A DNA stretch of 64,000 nt from Nageia nagi (lineage: Eukaryota; Plantae; Pinophyta), in NCBI GenBank assembly GCA_050084985.1, contig JBITNC010000002.1, positions 20,088,001 to 20,152,000 of the forward strand, given 5' to 3'. A program made the translations under genes and the position numbers. The number at the start of each line of letters is the position of its first letter. Within the stretch, counting starts at the first letter, position 1. The notes under the pieces are model-generated. The model was not told the DNA's origin, ran no database searches, and saw only the letters and a list, made by a program, of their open reading frames with translations. This document shows positions 51,701-64,000 of the stretch, piece by piece.

Positions 51701-53767
51701 TTGTGATTGTTCTGCCTTAATTCCTTTGAGTGTATATTTGTTCTTGTCGACTTTGAATTGCATCCACAGCTCATGAAAATCCCAAAGAATAGGGCCCAAT
51801 TTCATCAACCATTGTATACCAAGGACCACATCACATCCACCTAATGGTAGAACATACATGTCACTTTGCATCTTCTAGTCACCCATATTGAGCTTGATAT
51901 TGCGACATCATCCTTTACAAGCAATTTTTCCTCCATTCCCTATCATCACCTCAAAATTATTCTATGGATAGATATAAGAGTGGTTCTTTTTAGACCATGT
52001 CAGGGTCCATAAAATTATGAGTGCTTCCTAAGTCAAGCAATATTATCAATAATTTCCCCTTGAAATATCCCCAAACTTTCATGTTTTGTGGAGATGTAAA
52101 CCCATAGAGGGCATTACAAGAATTTTAAGGAATGACTTCAACAGGTTGGTTTGATTCCTTTTCAATCTCTACAACTGCATCCTCAAAAGCCTCTTCTAGT
52201 AATTCCACAAGGGCATCCACATCCAAGACATATAGTTTTTGAGTGGAACAACAATGGTCGGGTGCAAATTTTTCATCGTAATTATAACAAAGCCCTTTTT
52301 TATTGTGCTCCTCCAACTTGGCAAGAGTCAATCTCTTAACCGACAGGGAGTGTAGTGGTTTGTGACTACTTTGAGAGGTTTGTGGTTTCTAAGCGGTTTA
52401 CTTGGTGTGTTTGCATTGTGCATTGAACTTATCCTTCACTACTTTGGCAAGCCCTATGGCTGTTGTCATGTTGTTGAGATTGAACATTTTGACTTTCACT
52501 TGAATTTCTTCCTTTAGCCTGCTAATGAAATAACTATGAAATAATCTCTAATCTAATCCTTCAGTATGATTAGCAAGCTTTCCAAATTGAATTTGGTATT
52601 CTCTCATCATAGTCATTTTCGCGTAATTTAGTGAGAGCATCGATGAAATCTTCAAAATTACTAAGACAAAATCTAACAAGGAGGTTACAGGTGAAATCCC
52701 CCAAGATGGGGTGCCATTTTCCTTTTCAAACCATTGGTACCATTGGATAGCTTCGTGCTCTAGATGAAAAGAGATGAGGTTAACCTTTTGAGCATTAGGT
52801 GTTTGATTTAAGGAGAAATATTACTTGGAATGATACAACCAACTAGTGGGGTCTTCACCATCAAATCTTGGAAAGTCCAATTTGGTTGTACGAGGAAGAA
52901 TAAAGGTTTGTTATCATCCTTGAGAGTTATGGAAGCCTTGCCCAATACATGGTTGAGATTGACTTGATCCACTTGCAACCGATGATGTGTTATGAATTGT
53001 AGCTTGCTCCACGAATTGAATCCTTCGATCCATAGTACCATAAGAGGAAGTTATAGCTTCTATTAACTTTTTGAGTTCATCAAGAGTAATGGGGAGGTGA
53101 GAATCACCTATCAAATCTTCTATTTGGTCTATTCGTTGTGCTAATTTATCCATATCTAAGGATCTTCAACTGTTAGCCATCTTACTATTTCAAGAACTGC
53201 TATTTTTGGAAACTAAAAAAGTGTATGGGTGATATATATCAAAACAATCAACACAAAAAAATAATCACAATGGGATAGGTCCTAAAATGATGATTTTTGA
53301 ACATTTATACGCTTTTTTTTCCTAAAAAAATGTTACCTACATGGCCTTCTCAGAATCGTCTAATTCCTCACAATTTGAAAGCTAATGACCTTCGAAATTT
53401 TTTCCTATTTTAGTAGTTGCTATTAATGGTAAGGAAATTTAGGGTTTCATAAGGAAAAATGGTTGTTTCAGAAATGGCGACGACTTGCAACATGAAGATC
53501 GATGCATAGGAAAGAGAATGACGGGTGGAGGGGCATGATATAGGAATGGCATGGTGTGAATGAGAGTCACGACATATGGTGGAAGGATCCACCCAAAATT
53601 CTAAAAAAAATTTGGCAAAGTTTTGACTATTAAATGGGCAAAATCTAGGGTTCCAACTCAGTGCAACCTTGATGTTTTGGCAAAATTTTAGCAACATTTC
53701 AGTTAGAAACATACAATCTTGATCCTAACCAGCCCACAAGTGCCAAAATCGAAGCTCTGATACCTAA

Positions 53768-54155
53768 TGTTAGGAACTTGCAAGTTCCTAAATGGGATTC
53801 TCGCCAAATAATAATGAAAATGATAGCAAAATGTATTCCAATCTCATAATACAAGCAACATGAATCTAAATAGAACAAGATAGTAACAAAATCACTTTAT
53901 TGAATAACCAAAATGAATCATGAGGCATTTCCAGGGGGCTACCTCCTTAAAACTCAAACACTATATTTTTCAAGATGATAACTATTCTATTCGCACATAT
54001 TTATAGTCTGCCTACCATAACCCTAATCGACCATTCAATACAAAATGGTGATTCACCTTACAAATATGTGGGTTCCCTTACATTTAATATAAGTCGATAT
54101 TCTAATTAATTGACCACTATAATCTAAGTAAATGTTAGGATATGGGATCCTAACA
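53768..54155 (-). repeat. Gypsy 5' LTR (388 bp)
   Basis: Adjacent to the PBS (gctctgatacc on +), followed by TSD catct. Confidence 0.95.
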
Positions 54156-54849
54156 CATCTATTAACTACTTGCAATCTAAAGTCTATTGTTTTAACTTCT
54201 TATAAACATAAGTAATGAAGCTTATTGATCTTTTCCAACACCTATTTAATAATATACTTACAAGAAGCATATGTAAGCCCCTTACTCTATACCACAAATG
54301 AATTTTTCATAAGGAATATATTTAGGAATGATGGCGAAATTGAGACCTTTATTAAAAATATTCATAACATGATTACTTAAGCAATACTAGAGAGATTGAC
54401 AAATACCTTTGAACATAGACCTTTCAAAATTTATAGGTATGCATTGTAAATCAATAACAACTAAATATTCTATATGAATAAGAGAGGGAGAAGGAGAGCA
54501 TATCACATGGGGTGATATATGTGTATTACAAGATGAAGAAGATACATCAATTATCATTACAAAGACACTTTTGTAAATATCAATGTGAGCTAGTACAATG
54601 GTAATAAAGGGGAAATGTTCCTTTTAACTACATTATGTGGTAATGGATGAATACCATGCACCTACTCTAAAAAAGAGGTCATTTTCTCAATACATTCATT
54701 TATATTATCATTAACATTACTTTTATTATGTAATTTACTATTGATATGTGATCTCCATTTTAGGACCATGGACACACCAAGGTAATGTTCTTCAGACGAT
54801 TTATAGTTTCTCTCTTGCATATGAGAATTTATGTTATGTTGTCAATGAC

Positions 54850-55131
54850 ATGGTTGGATTACAATTATGATTTCCATAGGGTGATAGCAGAAACTACTAT
54901 ATTGATAATATTCATGAAGAGATGGGAGCTAAATATCAATACTTTTCATCTTTCGATAGATGAGATGACTATGACATTAGAGGATGTTTATCGGATCACA
55001 TGGTTGTCCATTCAAGGGAGATAGGTTATTTTCATATGAATGGATAAGTGATTATCAACCTTAGGTTAGTTTATGTGATAGAATAAGTGATCATGAGCTA
55101 AAATAAATGGCTATTTGATTGAGATATTATC
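54850..55131 (+). pseudogene. Plant mobile domain (PMD, aminotransferase-like, MAIN family) remnant interrupted by Copia-2
   Basis: ILIIFMKRWELNINTFHLSIDEMTMTLEDVYRITWLSIQG matches the PMD signature FVERW..ET.TFHLP.GEMTITLEDV..ILGLPI.G. Possible continuation SHINHDLYQFY at ~62753. Confidence 0.8.
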
Positions 55132-55630
55132 TAAAGGAAGTAATACTAACATATAACTTCCTAAACAACCAAGATCACATGAAAGATCATAAAACACATT
55201 TAATAAACTCATAAAGCAATCTCACAAAGATAACTCAAGATATAAGTGGTTCCTATAACTAGGAGTACATCCACTAACTAGATTTCATTTCATTCAGAAA
55301 CATAAATCTCTTACAATTCTCCTAATCTCATCTCCTAAACACTATCCTATAGCATAACTTTACTCCATAAATTTGTATTTGATCCAAAAAGGGAGCCTTC
55401 TATTTATAGGCCAAAATCCCTCTTTGGATCACCCTTTTACGCAATGTACAAAAGCATGACATGCATATTCTTTTACCCAAGGGGCATGCTCATGACATGA
55501 AGTGTAGGACAAGTTACATTATCATATGCACTTAAATATTTAAAGTATCAAATGACACCCTTAAGTATTAGTGAACTTATATAGAAGATTACTACAAAAC
55601 ATTTACAGTAATGCATTATATATTTCAACA
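55132..55630 (-). repeat. Copia-2 3' LTR (499 bp)
   Basis: Homologous to the Copia-1 LTRs in reverse complement; ~53 mismatches to its partner. Confidence 0.94.
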
Positions 55631-56349
55631 CTCTTTCTTAATGCAATATTGGGATAAAGTGAATAAGAGAGATGAAAAAGAGAGAGTAAGAGAGTTCTCA
55701 TCTATATAAATACAATGAAGATGAGAATTTTTTACATATTTATGAAGTAAAAAAGATTTAATTTGAGATTCATTACTTTGCCAAATACAATCATTAATCA
55801 TAATCAATTTCAATATACATGAAGTAGTCATCCAACTAAAAGTCATAAAGAGTCTCCAAGAGCCTGCACACTCGAAATAACTTACAATCTCAAGAGAACC
55901 TACAAGTTATAAGTAGCTTAAATAACAAGATTAGTTAGATGTAACATATTCATATCAACAAGAATAGATGAATCAAACAAATACCATCATAAACTGATCA
56001 ATGGTGCTTTATAAGTCATCACAAAGATGCCAAGCCAAAACTCATAATCACTTGTTATATATAAAATATATGTTGATTATCATTACAAAATAGATCATGC
56101 ACATATGAGTTCATCACATATGGATGATTGAACAGTACCAAAAGACACATAAGAATTCCTCACACATAGATAATTGAATAGTGCTAGATTGACTAATCTT
56201 TTTGCTCTAAAATTTTTACAAGTTCCTCATGTAAAGCGAATTTACCACAAAGGTGTACAACAAAATCAACACTATAAAATATAAAATCCTTCTAAACGTG
56301 AAGTTGTCCTTATAAACATGAATTCAACATAAGATTTCAAACTTCACTC

Positions 56350-59300
56350 TCCCTTGAAGGCAACTTCACTAACCTGATAGCATCCCTAAGCTTACAAAAC
56401 TAAGCTTTCGGAATGGGCTTGGTGAATAAATCAACGAAATTTAAGGTGGATGGACAATACTCCAGGTGTATGATGCCATCAAAAACCTTTTGATAGAATA
56501 TATGATTATGATGGAATACATAGTTTTTAACTAAATAAATAGTCGAATGATTATCTGAAGAAATCAAAGATAAGTGACCTTGCTTATACCTAATTTCTTT
56601 CATAAAATGCCTTAGCTAAATAGCTTTTAGGTTGTAATAGACATGGCACGATATTTGATTTCTATGGTGAAAAGAGAAATAGTAGGTTACTTCTTATAAT
56701 CTCAAGAGATAGCACCTAAACTAATGCTAAACACATATGTAGAGGTTGATGTTTATCATCTCTATCTCCCCCATAGTCAGAATTTGAGAATCCACTGAGA
56801 ACAAACAAGGGTAGCTTAGAATACTTGAGAGCAAGATCCTTTGTCCCTACAATATACCTTAAAATTTACTTAATAGCATTAAATTTGACCTTGTAGATCC
56901 ACCTATTGCCAATCACATTTTTCTCATTAAGATAAGAAACCAAATCCCATGTTTCATTTTTTATAAGTGCCTCATACTCAACTTTCATGGCTTTCACCTA
57001 GCACTCATGCTTAAAAGCATCTTTGAAAGAAGAGGGCTCATTCTTGTTGTCAATTTTGGTAAATAAGGATTTGTTCAAGGTCATGCTCTTTGTTACTTTT
57101 TTGTTAGAGAATTTTGCTCCTAAGATGACTTATCTACATCAATATCTAACTAGCTAAGTGCAATTAAAGAGTCCTCTAGATCATCCACATCTTTATTAGA
57201 AATAAATTCTTTAAAAAATTCATTGAACTTGATATCTCTTGAAATGAACACTACTTTGTAGGATGGAAAGTAAAGCCTGTAACCTCTATGCTGACTATCA
57301 TAACTCATAAAGATGCATTTTTCAACTCTTTTATCCAACATTATTTTCTCAGAAATAATGTACGAGAATGCTTCACAACCAAATACCCTAAGGTGAGAAA
57401 TGTTAGGTTTTCTTCTTGACCATACCTCAAAAGAAGTTTTACCTTGAATGACTTTTGTGGGATAACTATTCAAGGTGTAAATAGCAGTGCTCACAACTTC
57501 AACCCACAAGAAATTAGGAAGATTACCTAACATGCATCTAACCATTTCTATAATTATTTCATTTTTATTTTGACAACACCATTCTACTAAGGAGTGTAAG
57601 GAATCGTAAACTACTTTTTGATTCCATACTTAACATAATAATCATTGAACTCATTACTATTGTATTCTCTTCTATTATCTAATCTTAACATCTCAATTTT
57701 AAGATTAATTTGATTCTCAACAAAGACCTTAAAATCCTTAAAACTCTCAAAGGTTTGATCCTTGTGCTAAAGTAGATAGCTAAAAGTCATCCTACTGAAT
57801 TTATCGATGAAGGTTAAGATGTAAAATGCTCCTTTGAAAGACTTAATCTAAAATGAATCCATCAAATCTGAATGCATAAGTTGAAAAGGTTGAGATGCTC
57901 TTGTTACCTTATCTTTTTTAAACTTTTATCTATGCATCTTATCGAGGATGCATTTCTCACATAGACCAATTGAAGGTGATATAAAAGGTAAACCTTCCAC
58001 AAGTTCTTGATCTTTCATAATTTGAATACTCTTATGGTTAAAGTGCTCTAAACGTTAGTGCCAAATATTACCTCTAAAACATACGTTCATAGTAAGATAC
58101 ATCTTTATTGAAACTACCAAAGATTACCTCTAAAACACATGTTCATAGTAAGATACATCTTTGTTGAAACTTGATCCATAACATAGAGATCATTTTTCAC
58201 TTACCTTTTAACCAACATGGTAAGTCTTTCTTAATGCACCAAGATTGAGAGTTGAAATCAAATGAGTACCTTTTTCTAGTAACTTGAATTATGGAGAAAA
58301 GGTTCATCCTTAGTTTAAAAATATAAAGCATATTTTCAAGAACTTTCTCATGAATTAAGACACTCCTAAATCTTTAGATTTTAAGGATAGAGTTATCACC
58401 TATCACAACTGCATATTTCTTATACTTATGAAAATTTTTAAACTTATATTTTTCAAAGCATAGGTGATTAGTACAACTAGAATCAATAATCCAATCAGAT
58501 AAAAAAATACGATACATGGAGTAGAGTGTTGCAACAAAACCAGCTTGAATATATTTTTTTCTTTTGAAATTCTTTATATTTCTATTACCTTTGTTCTTTT
58601 TCTCTCTTTTCTTTTTGTAGCAATAAACTTCTTTGTGACCTTGGATGCCATAATAGTTATAATTTCTATCAAAATTTACCTTAAGATTTAGATTATTTGC
58701 TTTATCTTTTTTATCTCTTTACTAGAAGTGGTTGTTGTTATCGTTGTTCCTACTACTGTTGATGTTGTTTCTGTTGTTATCGTTACTTCCTTTCTCAAAT
58801 TTTTTGGAAGAAGAAATATAAGATTTCTTATGATAATTGAACTTCTTCTTGAAAGGAGTTTTAGTTGCTCGTAGAGCAACATTATTATCTTTAGAAGAAA
58901 AAATCAATATTTTTTTGTTAAACGCTTCCTCATGCTTCAAAAGGAGCCTAGATAAGTTCTCAAGGGAGAAGACTTCTTTATCATCAAGCCTTATTTCTAT
59001 AACCATCATAAAGTTTTTAAACTTTGAAGAAAAACTTTAAAGAATGATGAAAACCATGAACTCATCATTGATCCAATTGCATCCACAAGCAAAAAGTTGA
59101 ATCCAAAGGTTAATAATTTTATTCAAATAGATAGTTACACTTTCATCTTTTTTTTGATGAGATTGAAGTGATTTTTAAAGAATGGTAAGCTTCTTGAAAA
59201 CTTTGAACTAAGGTAGATTTGCTTAAGCTTATCCTAAGCTTCTTTTGCCAAAATTAAAAAAAAATAATCAAAAGCATATCATCTGAAATTACACAAAAAA

Positions 59301-59489
59301 TTATGGAGGTTGCTAACTCATTCTTCATGTTATAAGCCTCTAGTGCCTTTTCATCTATAGGAGGTACAAGGTTTTTATTCACTATTTACCAAAGTTTCCT
59401 TATCTGCAACTCAGCTCTCATCCAAGATTTTTAAATTCCAAAGTTAGAACCATTAAGACTATGTTTGGGTAAAAAGGAGTCTTTCATTT
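56350..59489 (-). pseudogene. Copia-2 gag-pol remnant
   Basis: ORF fragments EVFSLENLSRLLLKHE (gag), LWVEVVSTAIYTLN...HLRVFGC (integrase), DLFTKP (RNase H). Confidence 0.9.
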
Positions 59490-62246
59490 GCTACACAAGA
59501 ATGTAAAAAAATAATAAGCATGTGGTTCAATAAATAATATTATATGTTAAATTTTAACCAAGTAATACATATTATATTTAATTAACTAAGATATGCTTGA
59601 TTTGATTCACTAGTGCAAATGTTTTACAACTCAAATAATAATCCATGTACCCAAATACATTTCTCATCTCAAGAATCGTAGATGTAAAGTGATGTTGTTA
59701 AAGTTTATTTTCTTATTTAAAATTAAACTTTCACTTAGATGTTTGCATAAGAGAAACCCAAATACTACTAATCCTCAACCAATTCACTTTAATTAGTATT
59801 ATCTTTTCTTATAAGAGAAGTACCTACTATTTTTTAAGGTTATGACATTTATTGAATTGGCCAAATTATTAATCTTGATTAAATTTCAAGTTGTCCTCCT
59901 AAGTTATTAAGATAATCTTTAAATGGATATGCAAACATGTGGTATTAATACACATATGCTTATCCATCTATTGGAGTTATGTTCAAACCAATAAAAGATT
60001 TAGGGAGAATTAAGAAATACAAACTTTTCACCATTTAGATCGTCGAACTTAAAAGCTTCAATTTATTTATTCTCATCTCATGGCTCCCCAAACAAATCAT
60101 GTTGCGAAATGTACGTACAGATCTATTCATTTTAGGGGTTTGCTCAATCAATATTTATGATTTTTGCATAAGTAAATAAAGCAGAAATGTGAAACATGAA
60201 GTAAAGAACATAAATAAAATATCATCCATTCATAATTTAAAAGCTAAGAGTCCAATGGATTTTGTTTACGAACCCCTAAAGGACATCTTTATATCATTCT
60301 TTATTTTGCACAAGTCCATTCTATACTTTGCATAAGGAAATAAAAATTATAAAATTTATCAAATGCATTATTTTTGTAACTTAAAAATTTAAGTAATAAG
60401 CATGCATCATTCCATTAACTTAAAAAATTAAGTATAGATATACATCATTTCATAACTTAAAAAAATTACGTAATGCATTATTCCCATAGTTTGCACAAGT
60501 TCGTGCATCATTTCCATTTTTTTTGGAGAGGCATAAAAATTTTCTAAATGATAAACATGCATTCTAAGTATAAGGATCTATAATTTTTAAGTAAAGAAAT
60601 TCATAAATATTCTCCCTTTTTTACTTAAAAATGAAGATCCTTTCAATAAATGCTTAGTATAGTATTAAAACATTGCAAGTTTTACTTTAGTAAACAAATT
60701 TATCATTTAAGGAAAAAAATGGCATGTTAAATAATTATCATTTTTACCTAAGTAAATGGAGGTAAAAAATTGCCATCGTTATAAGCACTAAAAAGTTAAT
60801 GCATATTGGCCAAGGTAAAAAAAAAAGCCTAGAAAAAAAATCCTTCTAGATTTTTTTAAAAATAATTCCTATGCCTCAAGATTTTAAAAAGATAATGACA
60901 ACTATTTAAACCTTTTCAACAAGAGAGATTTAAAGAGGCATTTAAAGAAAAGACTACATCATCTACAAGTCTGCAAAAATTAATTAAATAAAGATACCCA
61001 TACTCCAAGTAAATGCAAACTTAATGCTCATTTAACTTCATACTTCACGTATTTAAAAAACTCATCATTATGAAAAACTTGGTTGACAAGCAAAAAAAAA
61101 TTAAAGGAAGGCAATGAAAAAAAATAATTATGAGAATGGAAACCCACCAAAAGAAGTTAAAAAAAAATTAAAAGTGGCCGCGCAAAGGAAGGGAGGTACG
61201 CAGGGGTTGGGTAAAAGGAGCTGCATATAGGAAGGGAGGCGCACAACCGCGTGAGTACTCTGATAGACATGTATGCTAAGTTTGAGAGGAAAAGAGGGCA
61301 GAGGTAGCCACAAAGGGCATTGATGTAGGAGGTTATGAGTAGTAGAACAGGAAGGCTACTTAACTATCTGCAAGGAGCTGCAGGGAAGAAGATAGGTGTT
61401 GCTGAGAGGCAGCTGAGGGACGGCTAAAGTGTAGAGTGAACCCTCCCATAACACCCAGAAGGTGGAGTGGACAAGGAGGTGACCAATAGTCGGAGTGGAG
61501 GGCCTAGAGGAGGCTCCCAAGAGGTGTGCAACATTTGGTAACCAATGTGCGACTATCTGTGGTTTCAAATGCCCCTCGCACAACTGAGAGGGAGAATAGA
61601 TGGCGACCAATAGGGGAGAGCCAAGTGGTTGGTAAAAAAAAAAAATGCTAACAGAAAACAGTCAAAAAATTGAATTGAAGTTTGATTTACACAAGCTCTT
61701 CCCTTGTCATAGTTTATACAAATATATATATCTATTTGTTAGAAATAAAATTTTCCTCTCCATTTTTTTGCATATATCTAAAAAAGGCATATAATTTATT
61801 TTCAAGAAAAAAAATGTTTTTCTCTATTAAAAAAATCAACCTTTGTGTAAAAATAAATAAATTTATCATCATTTTTTTAAATGAGAGCTACCTCTTTTAT
61901 TAAGTAATAAATGGCTTAAGATGAATTGCAATTTGTATATATTAATCTCTTTAATAGAAAATTAACATGCTCACAAGAGGTTAGTTTAACAAAAAAGCAT
62001 TATATTTTCACTTTTAGCCATATTTTGAAAAAAAAAATTAGCTAACACATAACTCAAGATATGTTAGTATCATTAGTGAAATAAGTCAAAAGACATAATG
62101 AAGGAGATTATATGAAGGAGGTTATACCTTCTCTTGAGTTTACCTTATAATGAAGAGTAGGTTTAAAAATGAAGACTTCCAAGTTGAAGATGAGTTTCCA
62201 AACCAAAGATGTGAAGAGGAGCCTTTAAGGAGCTCTGATACCAATT

Positions 62247-62745
62247 TGAAAGAAGTAACACTAACATACAACTTCCTAAACAACCAAGATCACATGAAAG
62301 CTCACAAAACACATCTAACAAAGTCTTAAAGCAATCTCACAAAGATAACTCAAGATATAAGTGGTTCCTCCAACTAAGAGTACATCCACTAACTAGATTT
62401 CATTTCATTCACAAATATGAATATCTTACAATTCTCCTAATCTCATCTCTTAAATGCTATCCTATAATATAACTTTACTCCACAAATTGATGTTTGATCT
62501 AAAGAGGGAGCCTTCTATTTATAGATCAAAATTCCTCTTTGGATCATCGTTTTACCTAATGTACAAAAGCATGACATGCACATCTTTTTACCCAAGGGGC
62601 ATGTTCATAACATGGAGTGTAGGATAAGTTACATTATCATATTCACTTAAATACTTAATGTATCAAATGATACCTTTAAGTATTAGTGAACTTATATTGA
62701 AGATTATTACAAAACCTTTACAATAATGCATTATACATTCCAACA
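62247..62745 (-). repeat. Copia-2 5' LTR (499 bp)
   Basis: Adjacent to the PBS, ends ccaaca, followed by TSD ttatc. Confidence 0.95.
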
Positions 62746-64000
62746 TTATCATCTCACATAAACCATGATCTATACCAATTTTATTGTGGATCTAACATAA
62801 ATAATAGGTGACATCAATGAGATTTGTTATGATGAGAATCTCTCATCAAAAGATAACAATGATGGAGAGGGTGTGCCCCCATACCCTAAGGTAGATTATG
62901 GAGGGATAAGTGAGACATGACATTTGGTGGTATGTCATACGACCTACCCTATTGTGCTTGATCAATTGGATGTTGCATAGAGTTGAAGGGGGGTAGGCAA
63001 CATGTCCATAATAATTCAAGAGTGATATGTGTAGTTAAGATGAAGAAGAATAATTACAAGATTTTATCAATATTAACTTTGATCCATAATAGCTTTAAGA
63101 ACATAAATAAAATTTTAGATCAAGATTCAACTACAAGGGGGAGAGCAAAGATTCAAATGCCTAATTATCAAACTTTTTGAAAACTAATTTAGTCAACTTA
63201 TTAACTTAAAATTTTTAAAACAATTAAAACATTTAAATAAATAATTAAACATCCTAAAATAACAATAAGAATGAATCAACATTAAGAAATTAATCCACAA
63301 CTCTTTTTTTATATTGAATTTTTATTTCATATTTAATTGTTGTTATAGAATTTTTTTTTTATAAATAATGAGTGAAATATTTATTACATTTTTATTTAAT
63401 AATATTTTATATAAGGTATAAAGATATTTAAGATAAATACCTAAGAATGATAAATCTTAATATTTTGTAGATATATATTTAAGATATCTAAACTAACGAT
63501 AAATGATAAATATATTTTCTAACTTAAACATCTACCATCTAATTATAAAATAAAATTAATCATAATTTAAAAATAACAAAATTACATTTTTGAAAAACAA
63601 AATAAAAGTAAGAGATAATTTGAAACTTCAATATTACAATTCCAATAATTAATTATTTTATTACAAATCTATTTACCACTAATTGTTACTTCATCCATTA
63701 ACAGATCTACAGGACAAAGTACATACGATCTCAAAAGCATTCAGATTAGTTTTGACCAATAGCGATCAGTCTACGGCAGGAAGCTACAGCAGAGATCTCT
63801 CAGATTGATAAAACTAGGAAAAAAACCAAAGGAAAACTGTCGATTCCAACTGTAATCTCAAAATATTGTGCACAATTCACAGTTTCACGGGATCTTTAAA
63901 TACATACACATTCCTAAATTGAAATTAATTTAGATAACAAAGCCCTAGCACATTAAAGATGAACTTTATTCTTAGCTGAAATGCAAGGAGAGGATGGAAA

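Larger units (their letters stand above)
48381..54155 (-). mobile_element. Full-length degenerate Ty3/gypsy chromovirus (Reina/IFG-like)
   Basis: LTRs 48381-48769 and 53768-54155; TSD catct at 48376-48380 and 54156-54160; PBS 53754-53765; PPT next to 48770. Motifs DVVLGIQWL, RPSVSPYSS..KKDGSWQMCIDFRAL, ESDAS, YEKEMLA, VVVDQLSKYAH, and chromodomain EVLIQW...ATWE (~48850-48900). Confidence 0.96.
55132..62745 (-). mobile_element. Degenerate Ty1/copia LTR retrotransposon (Copia-2), same family as Copia-1, RT core deleted
   Basis: LTRs 55132-55630 and 62247-62745; TSD ttatc at 55127-55131 and 62746-62750; PBS 62232-62243. Gag, INT and RH are collinear with Copia-1. Confidence 0.96.

Noticed and set aside
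63700-64000. Possible 3' UTR of a neighbouring gene
   Set aside because: Only compositional hints; no coding sequence inside the window.

Overview
AT-rich eukaryotic nuclear DNA from a seed plant, probably a gymnosperm (inferred from the repeat families and decay pattern). The only host gene is a 12-coding-exon cluster-III diacylglycerol kinase (DGK5/6-like) on the minus strand, ATG 43073 to stop 18773. Its splice sites and motifs are intact, but as given it has two frameshifts (exons 4 and 11). The flanks are a nest of decayed TEs: two complete same-family Ty1/copia elements (7040-15603 +, 55132-62745 -), a complete chromodomain Ty3/gypsy (48381-54155 -), LINE remnants, a PPR pseudogene, a plant-mobile-domain remnant and a hAT MITE. 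The most unusual object lies in DGK intron 9 (21647-26022, +). It is a gag-pol-less LTR retroelement whose interior is a string of intronless host-gene fragments (PDS5, an HDHD3-like HAD hydrolase, MSH5 and unassigned pieces). All are in sense orientation and appear fused into what was once a single ~3.5 kb ORF reading through the PPT into the LTR. Mismatch counts are by eye and approximate; protein comparisons are from recalled family motifs, not database searches.
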